From the NCBI RefSeq assembly GCF_000801205.1, contig NZ_CP009685.1: DNA of 32,000 nt; one strand, given 5' to 3'. Made by a program: the position numbers and the translations under genes. The stretch comes from Escherichia coli str. K-12 substr. MG1655. Its GTDB lineage: Bacteria; Pseudomonadota; Gammaproteobacteria; Enterobacterales; Enterobacteriaceae. Each line of letters opens with the position of its first letter. The stretch's first letter is position 1. This document shows positions 11,319 through 21,686 of the stretch, piece after piece. The notes under the pieces were generated by a model. It searched no databases and had not been told where the DNA came from. It saw only the letters and a list, made by a program, of their open reading frames with translations.

Positions 11319-14300
11319 ATGCAGGTCAGCAGAAGGCAGTTCTTTAAGATCTGCGCTGGCGGTATGGCAGGCACCACGGCAGCGGCACTGGGTTTTGCAC
11401 CCAGCGTAGCACTCGCGGAAACCCGGCAGTATAAACTGCTGCGCACCCGCGAAACCCGTAATACCTGCACCTATTGTTCCGTAGGCTGTGGGCTGTTGAT
11501 GTACAGCCTCGGTGACGGAGCAAAAAACGCCAAAGCATCTATCTTCCATATCGAAGGCGATCCGGATCACCCGGTCAACCGCGGTGCACTTTGTCCGAAA
11601 GGCGCTGGCCTGGTGGATTTCATCCACTCCGAAAGCCGTCTGAAGTTTCCGGAATACCGTGCGCCAGGTTCTGATAAATGGCAGCAAATCAGTTGGGAAG
11701 AGGCGTTTGATCGCATCGCCAAACTGATGAAAGAAGACCGCGATGCTAACTACATTGCGCAAAACGCCGAAGGCGTGACTGTTAACCGCTGGCTCTCCAC
11801 CGGGATGCTGTGTGCTTCCGCGTCGAGTAACGAAACCGGCTATTTAACGCAAAAATTCTCCCGCGCGCTGGGTATGCTCGCGGTCGACAACCAGGCGCGT
11901 GTCTGACACGGACCAACGGTAGCAAGTCTTGCTCCAACATTTGGTCGCGGTGCGATGACCAACCACTGGGTCGACATCAAGAACGCCAACCTCGTCGTGG
12001 TGATGGGCGGTAACGCCGCTGAAGCTCACCCGGTCGGGTTCCGCTGGGCGATGGAAGCCAAAATTCACAACGGCGCGAAGCTGATTGTGATCGATCCTCG
12101 CTTTACGCGTACGGCGGCGGTAGCTGACTACTATGCCCCTATTCGTTCCGGTACTGACATTGCTTTCCTGTCAGGCGTATTGCTGTACCTGCTGAACAAT
12201 GAAAAATTCAACCGCGAATACACCGAAGCCTATACCAACGCCAGCCTGATCGTGCGTGAGGATTACGGCTTTGAAGATGGCCTGTTCACCGGCTACGACG
12301 CGGAAAAACGCAAGTACGATAAATCCTCCTGGACTTATGAACTGGACGAAAACGGCTTCGCCAAACGCGATACCACGCTGCAACATCCGCGCTGCGTGTG
12401 GAACTTGCTGAAACAGCACGTTTCCCGCTACACGCCAGATGTGGTTGAAAACATCTGTGGTACGCCAAAAGACGCGTTCCTGAAAGTCTGCGAATACATC
12501 GCAGAAACCAGTGCTCACGATAAAACTGCCTCGTTCCTGTATGCCCTCGGCTGGACGCAACACTCCGTTGGTGCGCAAAACATTCGTACGATGGCGATGA
12601 TCCAGCTGCTGCTCGGCAATATGGGGATGGCAGGCGGCGGCGTTAACGCCCTGCGCGGTCACTCCAATATTCAGGGGCTGACGGACCTGGGGCTGCTGTC
12701 GCAGAGCCTGCCAGGTTACATGACGCTGCCAAGCGAGAAGCAGACCGATCTGCAAACCTACCTTACCGCCAACACGCCAAAACCGCTGCTGGAAGGCCAG
12801 GTAAACTACTGGGGCAACTACCCGAAATTCTTCGTCTCTATGATGAAGGCCTTCTTTGGTGATAAAGCGACGGCGGAAAATAGCTGGGGCTTTGACTGGT
12901 TGCCGAAGTGGGATAAAGGCTACGACGTCCTGCAATACTTCGAGATGATGAAAGAGGGCAAGGTCAATGGCTATATCTGCCAGGGCTTTAACCCTGTTGC
13001 CTCATTCCCGAACAAAAACAAAGTGATCGGTTGTCTGTCGAAACTGAAGTTCCTCGTCACCATCGACCCACTGAACACTGAAACCTCTAACTTCTGGCAG
13101 AACCACGGTGAGCTGAACGAAGTTGACTCGTCGAAGATCCAGACCGAAGTGTTCCGTCTGCCATCGACCTGCTTCGCGGAAGAGAACGGTTCTATCGTTA
13201 ACTCAGGTCGCTGGTTACAGTGGCACTGGAAAGGTGCGGACGCCCCGGGGATTGCGCTGACTGACGGCGAGATCCTCTCCGGTATCTTCCTGCGCTTGCG
13301 CAAGATGTATGCCGAACAGGGTGGCGCGAACCCGGACCAGGTGCTGAACATGACATGGAACTACGCCATTCCGCATGAGCCATCTTCAGAAGAAGTGGCG
13401 ATGGAGAGCAACGGTAAGGCGCTGGCCGATATTACCGATCCGGCAACCGGTGCGGTTATCGTCAAGAAAGGCCAACAACTTAGTTCGTTCGCCCAATTGC
13501 GCGATGACGGTACAACCTCCTGTGGCTGCTGGATTTTCGCCGGTAGCTGGACGCCGGAAGGCAACCAGATGGCACGCCGTGATAACGCCGATCCGTCTGG
13601 CCTCGGTAACACGCTGGGCTGGGCATGGGCATGGCCGCTTAACCGCCGCATTCTGTATAACCGCGCCTCCGCAGATCCGCAGGGTAACCCGTGGGATCCG
13701 AAGCGTCAGTTGCTGAAATGGGACGGCACTAAGTGGACCGGCTGGGATATTCCGGACTACAGCGCAGCGCCTCCGGGTAGCGGCGTCGGGCCGTTTATCA
13801 TGCAGCAGGAAGGCATGGGGCGTCTGTTTGCCCTCGATAAGATGGCGGAAGGTCCGTTCCCGGAACACTACGAGCCGTTTGAAACGCCGCTGGGAACTAA
13901 CCCGCTGCATCCAAACGTTATCTCGAACCCGGCTGCACGTATCTTTAAAGACGACGCCGAAGCATTGGGTAAAGCCGATAAGTTCCCGTATGTCGGAACC
14001 ACCTATCGTCTGACCGAGCACTTCCACTACTGGACCAAACACGCGCTGTTGAACGCGATTTTGCAGCCAGAGCAGTTTGTGGAAATCGGGGAGTCGCTGG
14101 CGAATAAACTTGGCATTGCCCAGGGCGATACCGTGAAAGTCTCCTCCAACCGTGGCTATATCAAAGCCAAAGCGGTGGTGACCAAACGTATTCGCACGCT
14201 GAAAGCGAACGGCAAAGATATCGATACCATCGGTATTCCGATTCACTGGGGCTATGAAGGCGTAGCTAAAAAAGGCTTTATTGCCAATACTTTAACGCCA

Positions 14301-14369
14301 TTCGTTGGTGATGCGAACACGCAGACGCCGGAGTTTAAGTCCTTCCTTGTGAATGTGGAAAAGGTGTAA
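11319..14369 (+). CDS. fdoG: Formate dehydrogenase-O major subunit, selenoprotein, 1016 aa with Sec at codon 196 (TGA 11904-11906)
   Basis: Two ORFs (11319-11906, 11955-14369) lie in the same frame and join through one in-frame TGA: ...[36 protein letters not shown]...; Tat signal SRRQFFK; 4Fe-4S Cys motif CTYCSVGCG. Confidence 0.97.
11904..11945 (+). promoter_or_regulatory. Selenocysteine UGA and downstream bacterial SECIS element
   Basis: TGACACGGACCAACGGTAGCAAGTCTTGCTCC: apical GG-U-AGCA/UGCU-CC stem with bulged U and AGUCU-type loop, as expected for a SelB-binding hairpin. Confidence 0.85.
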
Positions 14370-14381
14370 CGGAGACGACAT

Positions 14382-15284
14382 ATGGCTTATCAATCTCAAG
14401 ATATCATTCGTCGTTCCGCGACTAACGGTCTGACCCCCGCGCCTCAGGCGCGGGACTTCCAGGAAGAAGTGGCGAAACTCATCGACGTTACCACCTGTAT
14501 CGGCTGTAAAGCCTGTCAGGTGGCGTGTTCAGAGTGGAACGACATTCGCGATACCGTCGGCAATAACATTGGGGTGTACGACAACCCCAATGATTTAAGC
14601 GCCAAATCGTGGACGGTAATGCGCTTCTCGGAAGTGGAGCAGAACGACAAACTGGAATGGCTGATCCGCAAAGACGGCTGTATGCACTGTTCCGATCCAG
14701 GCTGCCTGAAAGCGTGCCCGGCGGAAGGTGCAATTATTCAGTATGCCAACGGTATCGTCGACTTCCAGTCCGAGCAGTGCATTGGCTGCGGTTATTGCAT
14801 TGCGGGCTGTCCGTTCGACATTCCGCGCCTCAACCCGGAAGACAACCGCGTCTACAAATGTACGCTGTGCGTTGACCGCGTGGTGGTTGGGCAAGAACCA
14901 GCCTGCGTGAAGACCTGCCCAACGGGCGCGATTCACTTCGGTACGAAAGAGTCGATGAAAACGCTGGCGAGCGAGCGCGTTGCTGAGCTGAAAACCCGCG
15001 GTTACGACAATGCGGGTCTGTACGATCCGGCAGGCGTCGGTGGTACACACGTCATGTACGTGCTGCACCATGCTGACAAGCCAAATCTGTATCATGGCTT
15101 GCCGGAGAACCCGGAAATCAGCGAAACCGTGAAATTCTGGAAAGGCATCTGGAAACCGCTCGCGGCTGTTGGCTTTGCGGCTACCTTTGCGGCCAGTATC
15201 TTCCACTACGTGGGTGTCGGTCCGAACCGTGCGGATGAGGAAGAGAATAATCTGCACGAAGAGAAAGACGAGGAGCGCAAATGA
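14382..15284 (+). CDS. fdoH: Formate dehydrogenase-O iron-sulfur subunit, 300 aa
   Basis: Ferredoxin-type Cys clusters [47 protein letters not shown]; C-terminal transmembrane helix. Confidence 0.97.
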
Positions 15285-15916
15285 AACGACGTGACACCAT
15301 CGTGCGCTACACCGCGCCGGAACGTATCAACCACTGGATCACCGCCTTCTGCTTCATCCTGGCGGCGGTGAGCGGGCTGGGCTTTTTGTTCCCGTCCTTC
15401 AACTGGTTGATGCAAATCATGGGCACACCGCAGCTGGCGCGAATTCTGCACCCGTTTGTCGGCGTGGTTATGTTTGCCTCGTTCATCATCATGTTTTTCC
15501 GTTACTGGCATCACAACCTAATCAATCGGGATGATATCTTTTGGGCGAAGAATATTCGTAAGATCGTCGTCAACGAGGAAGTAGGTGACACCGGGCGTTA
15601 TAACTTCGGTCAGAAATGCGTTTTCTGGGCGGCGATTATTTTCCTGGTTCTGCTGCTGGTGAGCGGCGTGATTATCTGGCGTCCTTATTTTGCGCCTGCT
15701 TTCTCAATCCCGGTGATCCGATTCGCGTTAATGCTGCATTCATTTGCCGCAGTGGCGTTAATTGTGGTTATCATGGTGCATATCTACGCCGCCCTTTGGG
15801 TGAAAGGCACGATTACCGCCATGGTGGAAGGATGGGTTACCAGCGCCTGGGCGAAGAAACATCACCCGCGCTGGTACCGTGAGGTCCGCAAGACAACGGA
15901 AAAGAAAGCTGAATGA
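15281..15916 (+). CDS. fdoI: Formate dehydrogenase-O cytochrome b556 subunit, 211 aa
   Basis: [44 protein letters not shown]...; multi-TM protein; 4-nt overlaps with fdoH and fdhE. Confidence 0.97.
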
Positions 15917-16842
15917 GTATTCGCATAATCCCGCAAGATGAGCTGGGTTCAAGCGAGAAACGTACGGCGGATATGATTCCGCCGTTATTGTTCCCTCGGC
16001 TCAAGAATTTATACAACCGCCGCGCCGAGCGTCTGCGCGAGCTGGCAGAAAATAATCCTCTGGGTGATTACCTGCGCTTTGCTGCGCTTATCGCCCACGC
16101 CCAGGAAGTGGTGCTGTACGACCATCCGCTGGAGATGGATCTGACTGCGCGCATTAAAGAAGCCAGCGCACAAGGCAAGCCCCCGCTGGATATTCACGTT
16201 CTGCCGCGTGATAAGCACTGGCAAAAGCTGCTGATGGCGCTGATTGCTGAGCTGAAACCTGAAATGAGCGGCCCGGCGCTGGCAGTGATTGAGAATCTGG
16301 AGAAGGCATCGACTCAGGAGCTGGAAGATATGGCCAGCGCGCTGTTTGCCTCTGATTTCTCGTCCGTCAGCAGCGATAAAGCGCCGTTTATCTGGGCTGC
16401 ACTGTCGCTCTACTGGGCGCAGATGGCCAATCTGATCCCCGGCAAAGCCCGCGCTGAATACGGCGAGCAACGTCAATATTGCCCGGTTTGTGGTTCTATG
16501 CCGGTGTCCAGCATGGTGCAAATTGGCACCACTCAGGGGCTACGTTACCTGCACTGCAACCTGTGTGAAACTGAATGGCACGTAGTGCGCGTAAAATGCA
16601 GCAACTGCGAGCAGAGCGGCAAACTGCATTACTGGTCGCTGGATGACGAACAGGCCGCGATTAAAGCCGAAAGCTGCGATGACTGCGACACTTACCTGAA
16701 AATTCTCTATCAGGAAAAAGATCCAAAAATCGAAGCCGTAGCAGATGACCTCGCCTCTCTGGTACTGGACGCACGAATGGAGCAAGAAGGCTATGCCCGC
16801 AGTTCCATCAACCCGTTCCTGTTTCCGGGTGAAGGAGAGTAA
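15913..16842 (+). CDS. fdhE: Formate dehydrogenase accessory protein FdhE, 309 aa
   Basis: [41 protein letters not shown]...; four CxxC motifs (CPVC, CNLC, CSNC, CDDC). Confidence 0.97.
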   Translation: MSIRIIPQDELGSSEKRTADMIPPLLFPRLKNLYNRRAERLRELAENNPLGDYLRFAALIAHAQEVVLYDHPLEMDLTARIKEASAQGKPPLDIHVLPRDKHWQKLLMALIAELKPEMSGPALAVIENLEKASTQELEDMASALFASDFSSVSSDKAPFIWAALSLYWAQMANLIPGKARAEYGEQRQYCPVCGSMPVSSMVQIGTTQGLRYLHCNLCETEWHVVRVKCSNCEQSGKLHYWSLDDEQAAIKAESCDDCDTYLKILYQEKDPKIEAVADDLASLVLDARMEQEGYARSSINPFLFPGEGE

Positions 16843-16855
16843 TCTCTGACGTTTT

Positions 16856-16877
16856 CCGGGTGGCGCAGGTCGCCCGG
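16856..16877 (+). terminator. GC-rich stem-loop CCGGGTGGCGCAGGTCGCCCGG just after fdhE; no U-tract
   Basis: Approximately 9-bp stem including G-U pairs, directly 3' of the fdo operon. Confidence 0.35.
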
Positions 16878-17023
16878 ATTACAGCTCATAGGGTGTGACG
16901 ACACCATCTCTCGTATTCCGCGTTACCACCTCAAGCTATGCCGCCAGTGCCGGTTTGGCCTCAATTTACCCACCACCACATCAATAAGGTTATGGGCATG
17001 AGACTGATGACAAGCGTAAGATT

Positions 17024-17122
17024 GCCTGATGCGCTGCGCTTATCAGGCCTACCAATAAACTGCAATACATTGAATTTATACGACTTTGTAGGCCGGATAA
17101 GGCGTTCACGCCGCATCCGGCA
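17024..17122. repeat. Pair of REP-type palindromic units between fdhE and yiiF
   Basis: GCCTGATGCGCTGCGCTTATCAGGCCTAC at 17024-17052 and TAGGCCGGATAAGGCGTTCACGCCGCATCCGGCA at 17089-17122. Confidence 0.85.
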
Positions 17123-17171
17123 TGAACAACGCGCACGTTGTCAGCAATCTGATTGACATCATTTTTTCCCA

Positions 17172-17390
17172 TTACCATTCCTCGCGCAGCTTACGCTGAT
17201 ATTCGACACCATCTTCCTCACACCCTTGCCAGATGCCAGGAACACTGGTTCTTGCTGTTTGCGATTGATTTATCAGGTATTGATCTACCGCTTCCCTTAA
17301 TAGGTCCGCACGAGGAAGATTACGCTGCACCTCGAGATCATCAAGTTGCTTAATCACCTCATTCGATAAATCGAGTAAAATTCTGCCCAT
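17172..17390 (-). CDS. yiiF: Ribbon-helix-helix (CopG-like) protein, 72 aa from the likely start
   Basis: [72 protein letters not shown]; RHH fold plus antitoxin-like DG.EYQ.KLR.EW tail. Confidence 0.85.
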
Positions 17391-17500
17391 ATCTATACCT
17401 GCCAGAGAGTTCATAAATATCTCGCCAATATCATTTTTGAATCTATGGAGAGAAAAGTACCCTTGCCGAATCTTTAAAGAAAGCTCATTTACGCATCATT

Positions 17501-17550
17501 TTTTATTTTTGCGAGGCGTTTTCCAGATATGATGTAACAGTTGCAGTTAT
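17501..17550. repeat. Copy A of a box shared upstream of yiiF and yiiE (TTTTTGCGAGGCGTTTTCCAGA ... GTTGCAGTT)
   Basis: Matches copy B at 17943-17988. Confidence 0.8.
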
Positions 17551-17631
17551 TATAAGTTCAAGTAAAACAGCCTTGTATTAATACCAGAATAAGGGCATCT
17601 GTTTTTTATATTCAAGAATGAAAAATTTTTG

Positions 17632-17850
17632 TCATTCCTTATGCTCCTTACACTGATCATCAACACCAACTACCTCCCCCTTTTGCCTGCCTCCCTTTGC
17701 TTTACGCACCGGGAATTGCTGACGTTCCAGATATTGCTCTACCGCTTCGCGTAAAATTGCAGATCGTGAAACCTTACGCCAGCCCCGAAGCTTGTTCAGC
17801 CGTTTAATTGCCTCTTCTGATAAATGAAGAAAAACCGTATTCATCGCCAT
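17632..17850 (-). CDS. yiiE: Ribbon-helix-helix (CopG-like) protein, 72 aa from the likely start
   Basis: MAMNTVFLHLSEEAIKRLNKLRGWRKVSRSAILREAVEQYLERQQFPVRKAKGGRQKGEVVGVDDQCKEHKE; paralogous with yiiF over the RHH core (AILREAVEQYL vs [11 protein letters not shown]). Confidence 0.8.
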   Translation of the reverse strand: MAMNTVFLHLSEEAIKRLNKLRGWRKVSRSAILREAVEQYLERQQFPVRKAKGGRQKGEVVGVDDQCKEHKE

Positions 17851-17942
17851 TACCAATACCTTACATATATTACTCATTAATGTATGTGCGAAAATTACGC
17901 CGGAAAATCATTTAAAAAAAGCGGATTTTTGCATGTTGTTTT

Positions 17943-17988
17943 GTTTTTGCGAGGCGTTTTCCAGAAATAATAAGAGTGTTGCAGTTGT
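17943..17988. repeat. Copy B of the yiiF/yiiE upstream box
   Basis: GTTTTTGCGAGGCGTTTTCCAGAAATAATAAGAGTGTTGCAGTT, similar to 17504-17548. Confidence 0.8.
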
Positions 17989-18674
17989 TTCATTTATTAC
18001 TCAAAAATGGTTTAGTTATCGCCCAGGATGAATTATGGGTGCTATGAATATATTATATTCAGAGATATTTATTTGCATAATCTGAATGGTGTAGCCGAAA
18101 AACGTCAGCATCCTAACAGCACCAGGATTTAAGGTGAAATTAATCTTTCATCACAGACCGGTCAGTACTGCCACCAACCGGTCTTTACTTGCTCATCGTT
18201 ATAATTTTGTTGGTAACAGTTCGGGAAAGTTGTTTTTCTAAATTAACAACAGAATAACTTTCTTGTTTAATGAGATTAATATTGGCAACCATTATAGCCT
18301 CCTTCCCACGGTTTAAGAGCAAACATACAACATAATTATTCATAACATACAGAGCAGTAAATGAATGATACTGACAATGATGCTAGTCCATTATCTTTGC
18401 ATAATATTTGTTAGCTATAGATTTTAAAAATATTTATGAGAAAAGTATGGCACCAGAGGGGGTTTTGACTATCAAAAATCGCTCAAACATGAACTAAGAT
18501 GATGAATTAAGCATTATCTGCGATAATTGCCACTCAGTTCTACAAATAATATTTAAATGCTCCTGAACAGTGATGTAGCAAGACACGTATGGAGCCAACG
18601 AAGAATAAAAATTTATAGAGTTCTTATTTAATATAACCGAAATAGCCAAGGACTAATATAAATGACCTGAATGA

Positions 18675-18696
18675 GAGAGGCAGCACCGCCCCTCTC
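18675..18696 (-). terminator. Stem-loop downstream of yiiD (GAGAGG...CCTCTC)
   Basis: Inverted repeat 6 nt beyond the yiiD stop on the minus strand. Confidence 0.4.
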
Positions 18697-18702
18697 CATC
18701 AG

Positions 18703-19692
18703 CTACTCTTCTTCGTTCCCGCCCTCTTCATACGGGCCAAATGGCTTCGCGGGCAGAACGATATACGTGCCTTCAAACACTGCACCCGGCGTCTCGTCGC
18801 CAAAGATTTCGACCTGCATCTGCACCCGTGCTTTTCGTCCGCGCGCCAGACGGTCGAGATCGCCGCTTAAGGCACCGAGGTCGGCTACCGCATGAGGTTT
18901 ACCGCTAATCGGCTTGCTGTAGCGGATATGCGCATCCGCAAGAATAATCGTTCCGCCGAGGTGGCGTTCACGCAGCATCAGCCAGATAAGTCCCCAACCA
19001 GTGAGCGTCGCCAGTGAGAATAAACTCCCGGCAAACAGCGTATGGTGCGGATTCTGATTGCCGGTTTCTGGCATGGTAGTGATAAATTTTTGCCCGGTAT
19101 ATTGCTGAATGCGCACGCCCATTTTTTCACTAAGCGGGATATGTTCGTACCACGCCTGTTGCAGCTGCGCGCACCAGTCGCCGCGATGCAGAATGTCATC
19201 CAGAGTGGCGACGGGCTTAATCATCAAAAAATGGCGAATCGGCGTGGTGGTTGGCGTGGTGATTTCTCCCTGATTAACAAACCCCAGCTTGGCGAAAAAC
19301 TCCACCGCGTCTTCACGGGCGCTACAGGTCACGCGCTTAACGCCTTCCTGACGCGCCACCGACTCCAGGGTCATCGCCATCAGCGTGCCTAACCCTTTGT
19401 CCTGCACGTCGGGATGAACGGCCATAAAGCGAATGGACGCTTCATTGTCGGCATTAATATACAGTCGGCCTACCGCCACCAGATTACCCTGCTCGTCGAC
19501 GACCATCTGGTGATGCGCCATCGCATCCCACGCGTCGCGTTCCGAACCTTTTGGTTGATGCAGGGGCTTACGCAACATTTCCCAGCGAAACTGATAGTAA
19601 CGCTCTAATTCTTCTTCTGTTTGTGGAACCCGAAGGTGATACATAGCGATACTCTCTCTTGTTTCCCGTGACAACCCTGGAAGCTGGCTCAT
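18703..19692 (-). CDS. yiiD: Bifunctional-looking GNAT acetyltransferase plus hotdog thioesterase-like domain, acetyl-ACP-related initiation of fatty acid synthesis, 329 aa
   Basis: [43 protein letters not shown]...[11 protein letters not shown]...; C-terminal YiiD-type domain. Also called fabY. Confidence 0.95.
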
Positions 19693-20126
19693 ACCTGCAA
19701 CCAGAATGTCACGGGGCCATCATTGACCAGCGATACCTGCATATCCGCAGCGAAGCGTCCTGTTTGCGTGTTCATCTCTTGCTGACGGCAGCGTTCGACG
19801 AAATAGTCATATAACGCCTCTGCGCGATCCGGTGATGCACCTTTGGAGAAACTTGGGCGCATCCCCCGTTCGGTATCTGCGGCGAGGGTAAACTGGGAAA
19901 CCACCAGCACACTGCCGCCCGCCTGTTGCACGTTGAGATTCATCTTGCCTTCGGCATCGCTAAAGATGCGGTAGCCGAGCACACGCTCGCACAGACGGTT
20001 TGCTTTCTGTTCGTCGTCATCCTTTTCGACACCCAATAACACCAAAAGTCCCGCGCCAATTTCGCCCGTCACTTCTCCCTCCACGGTGACGCTGGCACGG
20101 GTTACGCGTTGAATTAATGCAATCAT
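19689..20126 (-). CDS. dtd: D-aminoacyl-tRNA deacylase, 145 aa
   Basis: [37 protein letters not shown]...GPVTFWLQV; 4-nt overlaps on both sides. Confidence 0.97.
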
Positions 20127-20995
20127 GGTTCGTCGTCTTCTTCTTGTTCAGCTGCTTGTTTTAGTTTGCGGTATTCCCCGAGAGTGACAGTAATTTCCGC
20201 GCCAAGCAAGACGATACACCATGTCCAGTAGACCCAAACAAAGAGAATGGGGATCACCGCCAGCACACCATAAATGAGCTGATATGACGGGAACATGGTG
20301 ATATAAAGCGCGAAACCTTTCTTTCCTGCTTCGAACAGGAGTGCGGCGACAAACGCGCCGACAATCGCGTCGCGGTTAGGTACGCGGATGGTAGGAACAA
20401 TGCTGTACAGCAACCAGAAGGAGATCCACGACAACAGCAACGGAAAAATACGCAGCACGTTGTCGATGACAGTATTGAGATCGCTCGCCCAGCGCAGGGA
20501 GAGCAAATAGGAACTGATCGCCAGACTGGCCCCTGCCAGCAGCGGCCCCAGCGTTAAAATCATCCAGTACACGGCGAACGAGTAAATTTTTGGTCGCGCT
20601 CGTTTACTGCGCCAGATGGTATTCAACGCGCTATCGATGGAGTACATCAACAATAACGCGGTGACGATCAGCCCGCACGCCCCAACGGCGGTCATCTTGT
20701 TGGAATTGGCAACAAATTGTTCGATATACCGCTGAATAACATCGCCAGTAGCAGGCAGAAAGTTGGCAAAAATAAAGTGACGTAACTGAATGCTGACGTC
20801 GGAAAACATGGGAAAAGCGGCGAAAAGCGCAAAAACAACGGCAACCAGCGGCACTAATGAGAGCAACGACACATAGGCAAGGTTACCTGCCAGGGTTGTC
20901 ATGTTGTCCTCATCAATGCGTTGCCAGAGTAGTTTTAGCCAGGCCCATAGTGGACGGGTACGGTGCCTGGCTTTGTCCTGAATGGTTTTTAGCAT
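20123..20995 (-). CDS. yihY: YihY/BrkB-family inner membrane protein (once mis-annotated as RNase BN), 290 aa
   Basis: [50 protein letters not shown]...; multiple TM segments. Confidence 0.95.
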
Positions 20996-21588
20996 AACAC
21001 CTTCGCGAAATAGTCCGGGATGGTGGTTTTATCTTTCACCAGAATACTGGTAATGCCCAGCTGATTGGCTCCTTCTATATTATCGGCGTTATCGTCGAAA
21101 AAGACCGTATCGCTGGGTGAAAAACCTTCCGCCTGCAAAACATGCTGGTAAATTCGTGCTTCAGGTTTGCGCATCCCCAGATCTTGCGACAGATAGATAT
21201 GGTCAGCAGCATCACGAATTTCCGGGTATTCTTCCGGCCAGAAGGTGGTATGCAGGCGGTTGGTATTGGAAAGCACCACCACGCGATGCCCCTGCTCACG
21301 CAGTTTATGCATGATGGCGATCACTTCCGGGCGCAGCGCAACAAACACCGCCTGCCAGCCGTGAGAGAACTGCTCGTAGCTTAGCGGTAGAGCCATCTCA
21401 TGACACAGCGCCTCTGCGAACGCTTCGTCGCTAATTTCCCCACGCTCATGCTGATGAAACGCCTCCCCCATATGAAAACTCTTCTTAAGCGATGCCAGCG
21501 GAATACGCGTTAAATCGCTCCAGGCTCCCAGCACACGGTTAAAGTCGATATCGACAATCACATTACCTAAATCAAAGATATAGAGCAT
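20989..21588 (-). CDS. yihX: HAD-like sugar phosphatase, 199 aa
   Basis: [23 protein letters not shown]... HAD motif I (FDLGNV) and [12 protein letters not shown]; listed ORF is 7 codons longer at the N-terminus. Confidence 0.95.
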
Positions 21589-21686
21589 TTTTGCCTCCTT
21601 TCGCGCCACAAGAAATTAACTGTAGCGGGAAAGGATGGGTTTGGCTATGTGGCAAGGTATGAAGCCAGGTTAACGGTCACAAAAAT

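Noticed and set aside
11061-11762. 233-aa minus-strand ORF spanning the fdoG 5' end and the fdhD promoter
   Set aside because: Antisense to fdoG and overlapping the fdhD start; the translation resembles no family and it runs through the divergent regulatory region.
11907-11954. fdoG interpreted as a frameshifted or nonsense pseudogene
   Set aside because: The interruption is a single in-frame TGA at the conserved selenocysteine site with a downstream SECIS-like hairpin.
13386-14246. 286-aa minus-strand ORF opposite fdoG
   Set aside because: Lies entirely antisense to a strongly supported gene; low-complexity, Arg/His/Gly-rich translation typical of GC-rich antisense frames; no recognisable domain.
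16938-17178. Small ORFs (72 aa +, 62 aa -) between fdhE and yiiF as a possible toxin partner for yiiF
   Set aside because: Both are largely translated REP sequence and resemble no toxin family.
17000-18700. Mobile element or prophage remnant in the yiiF-yiiD region
   Set aside because: No transposase or integrase fragments, tRNA, or convincing terminal repeats seen; only REP units and a duplicated promoter box.
20123-20995. yihY as ribonuclease BN
   Set aside because: The sequence is a multi-spanning BrkB/YihY-family membrane protein; the RNase BN label is a historical misassignment.
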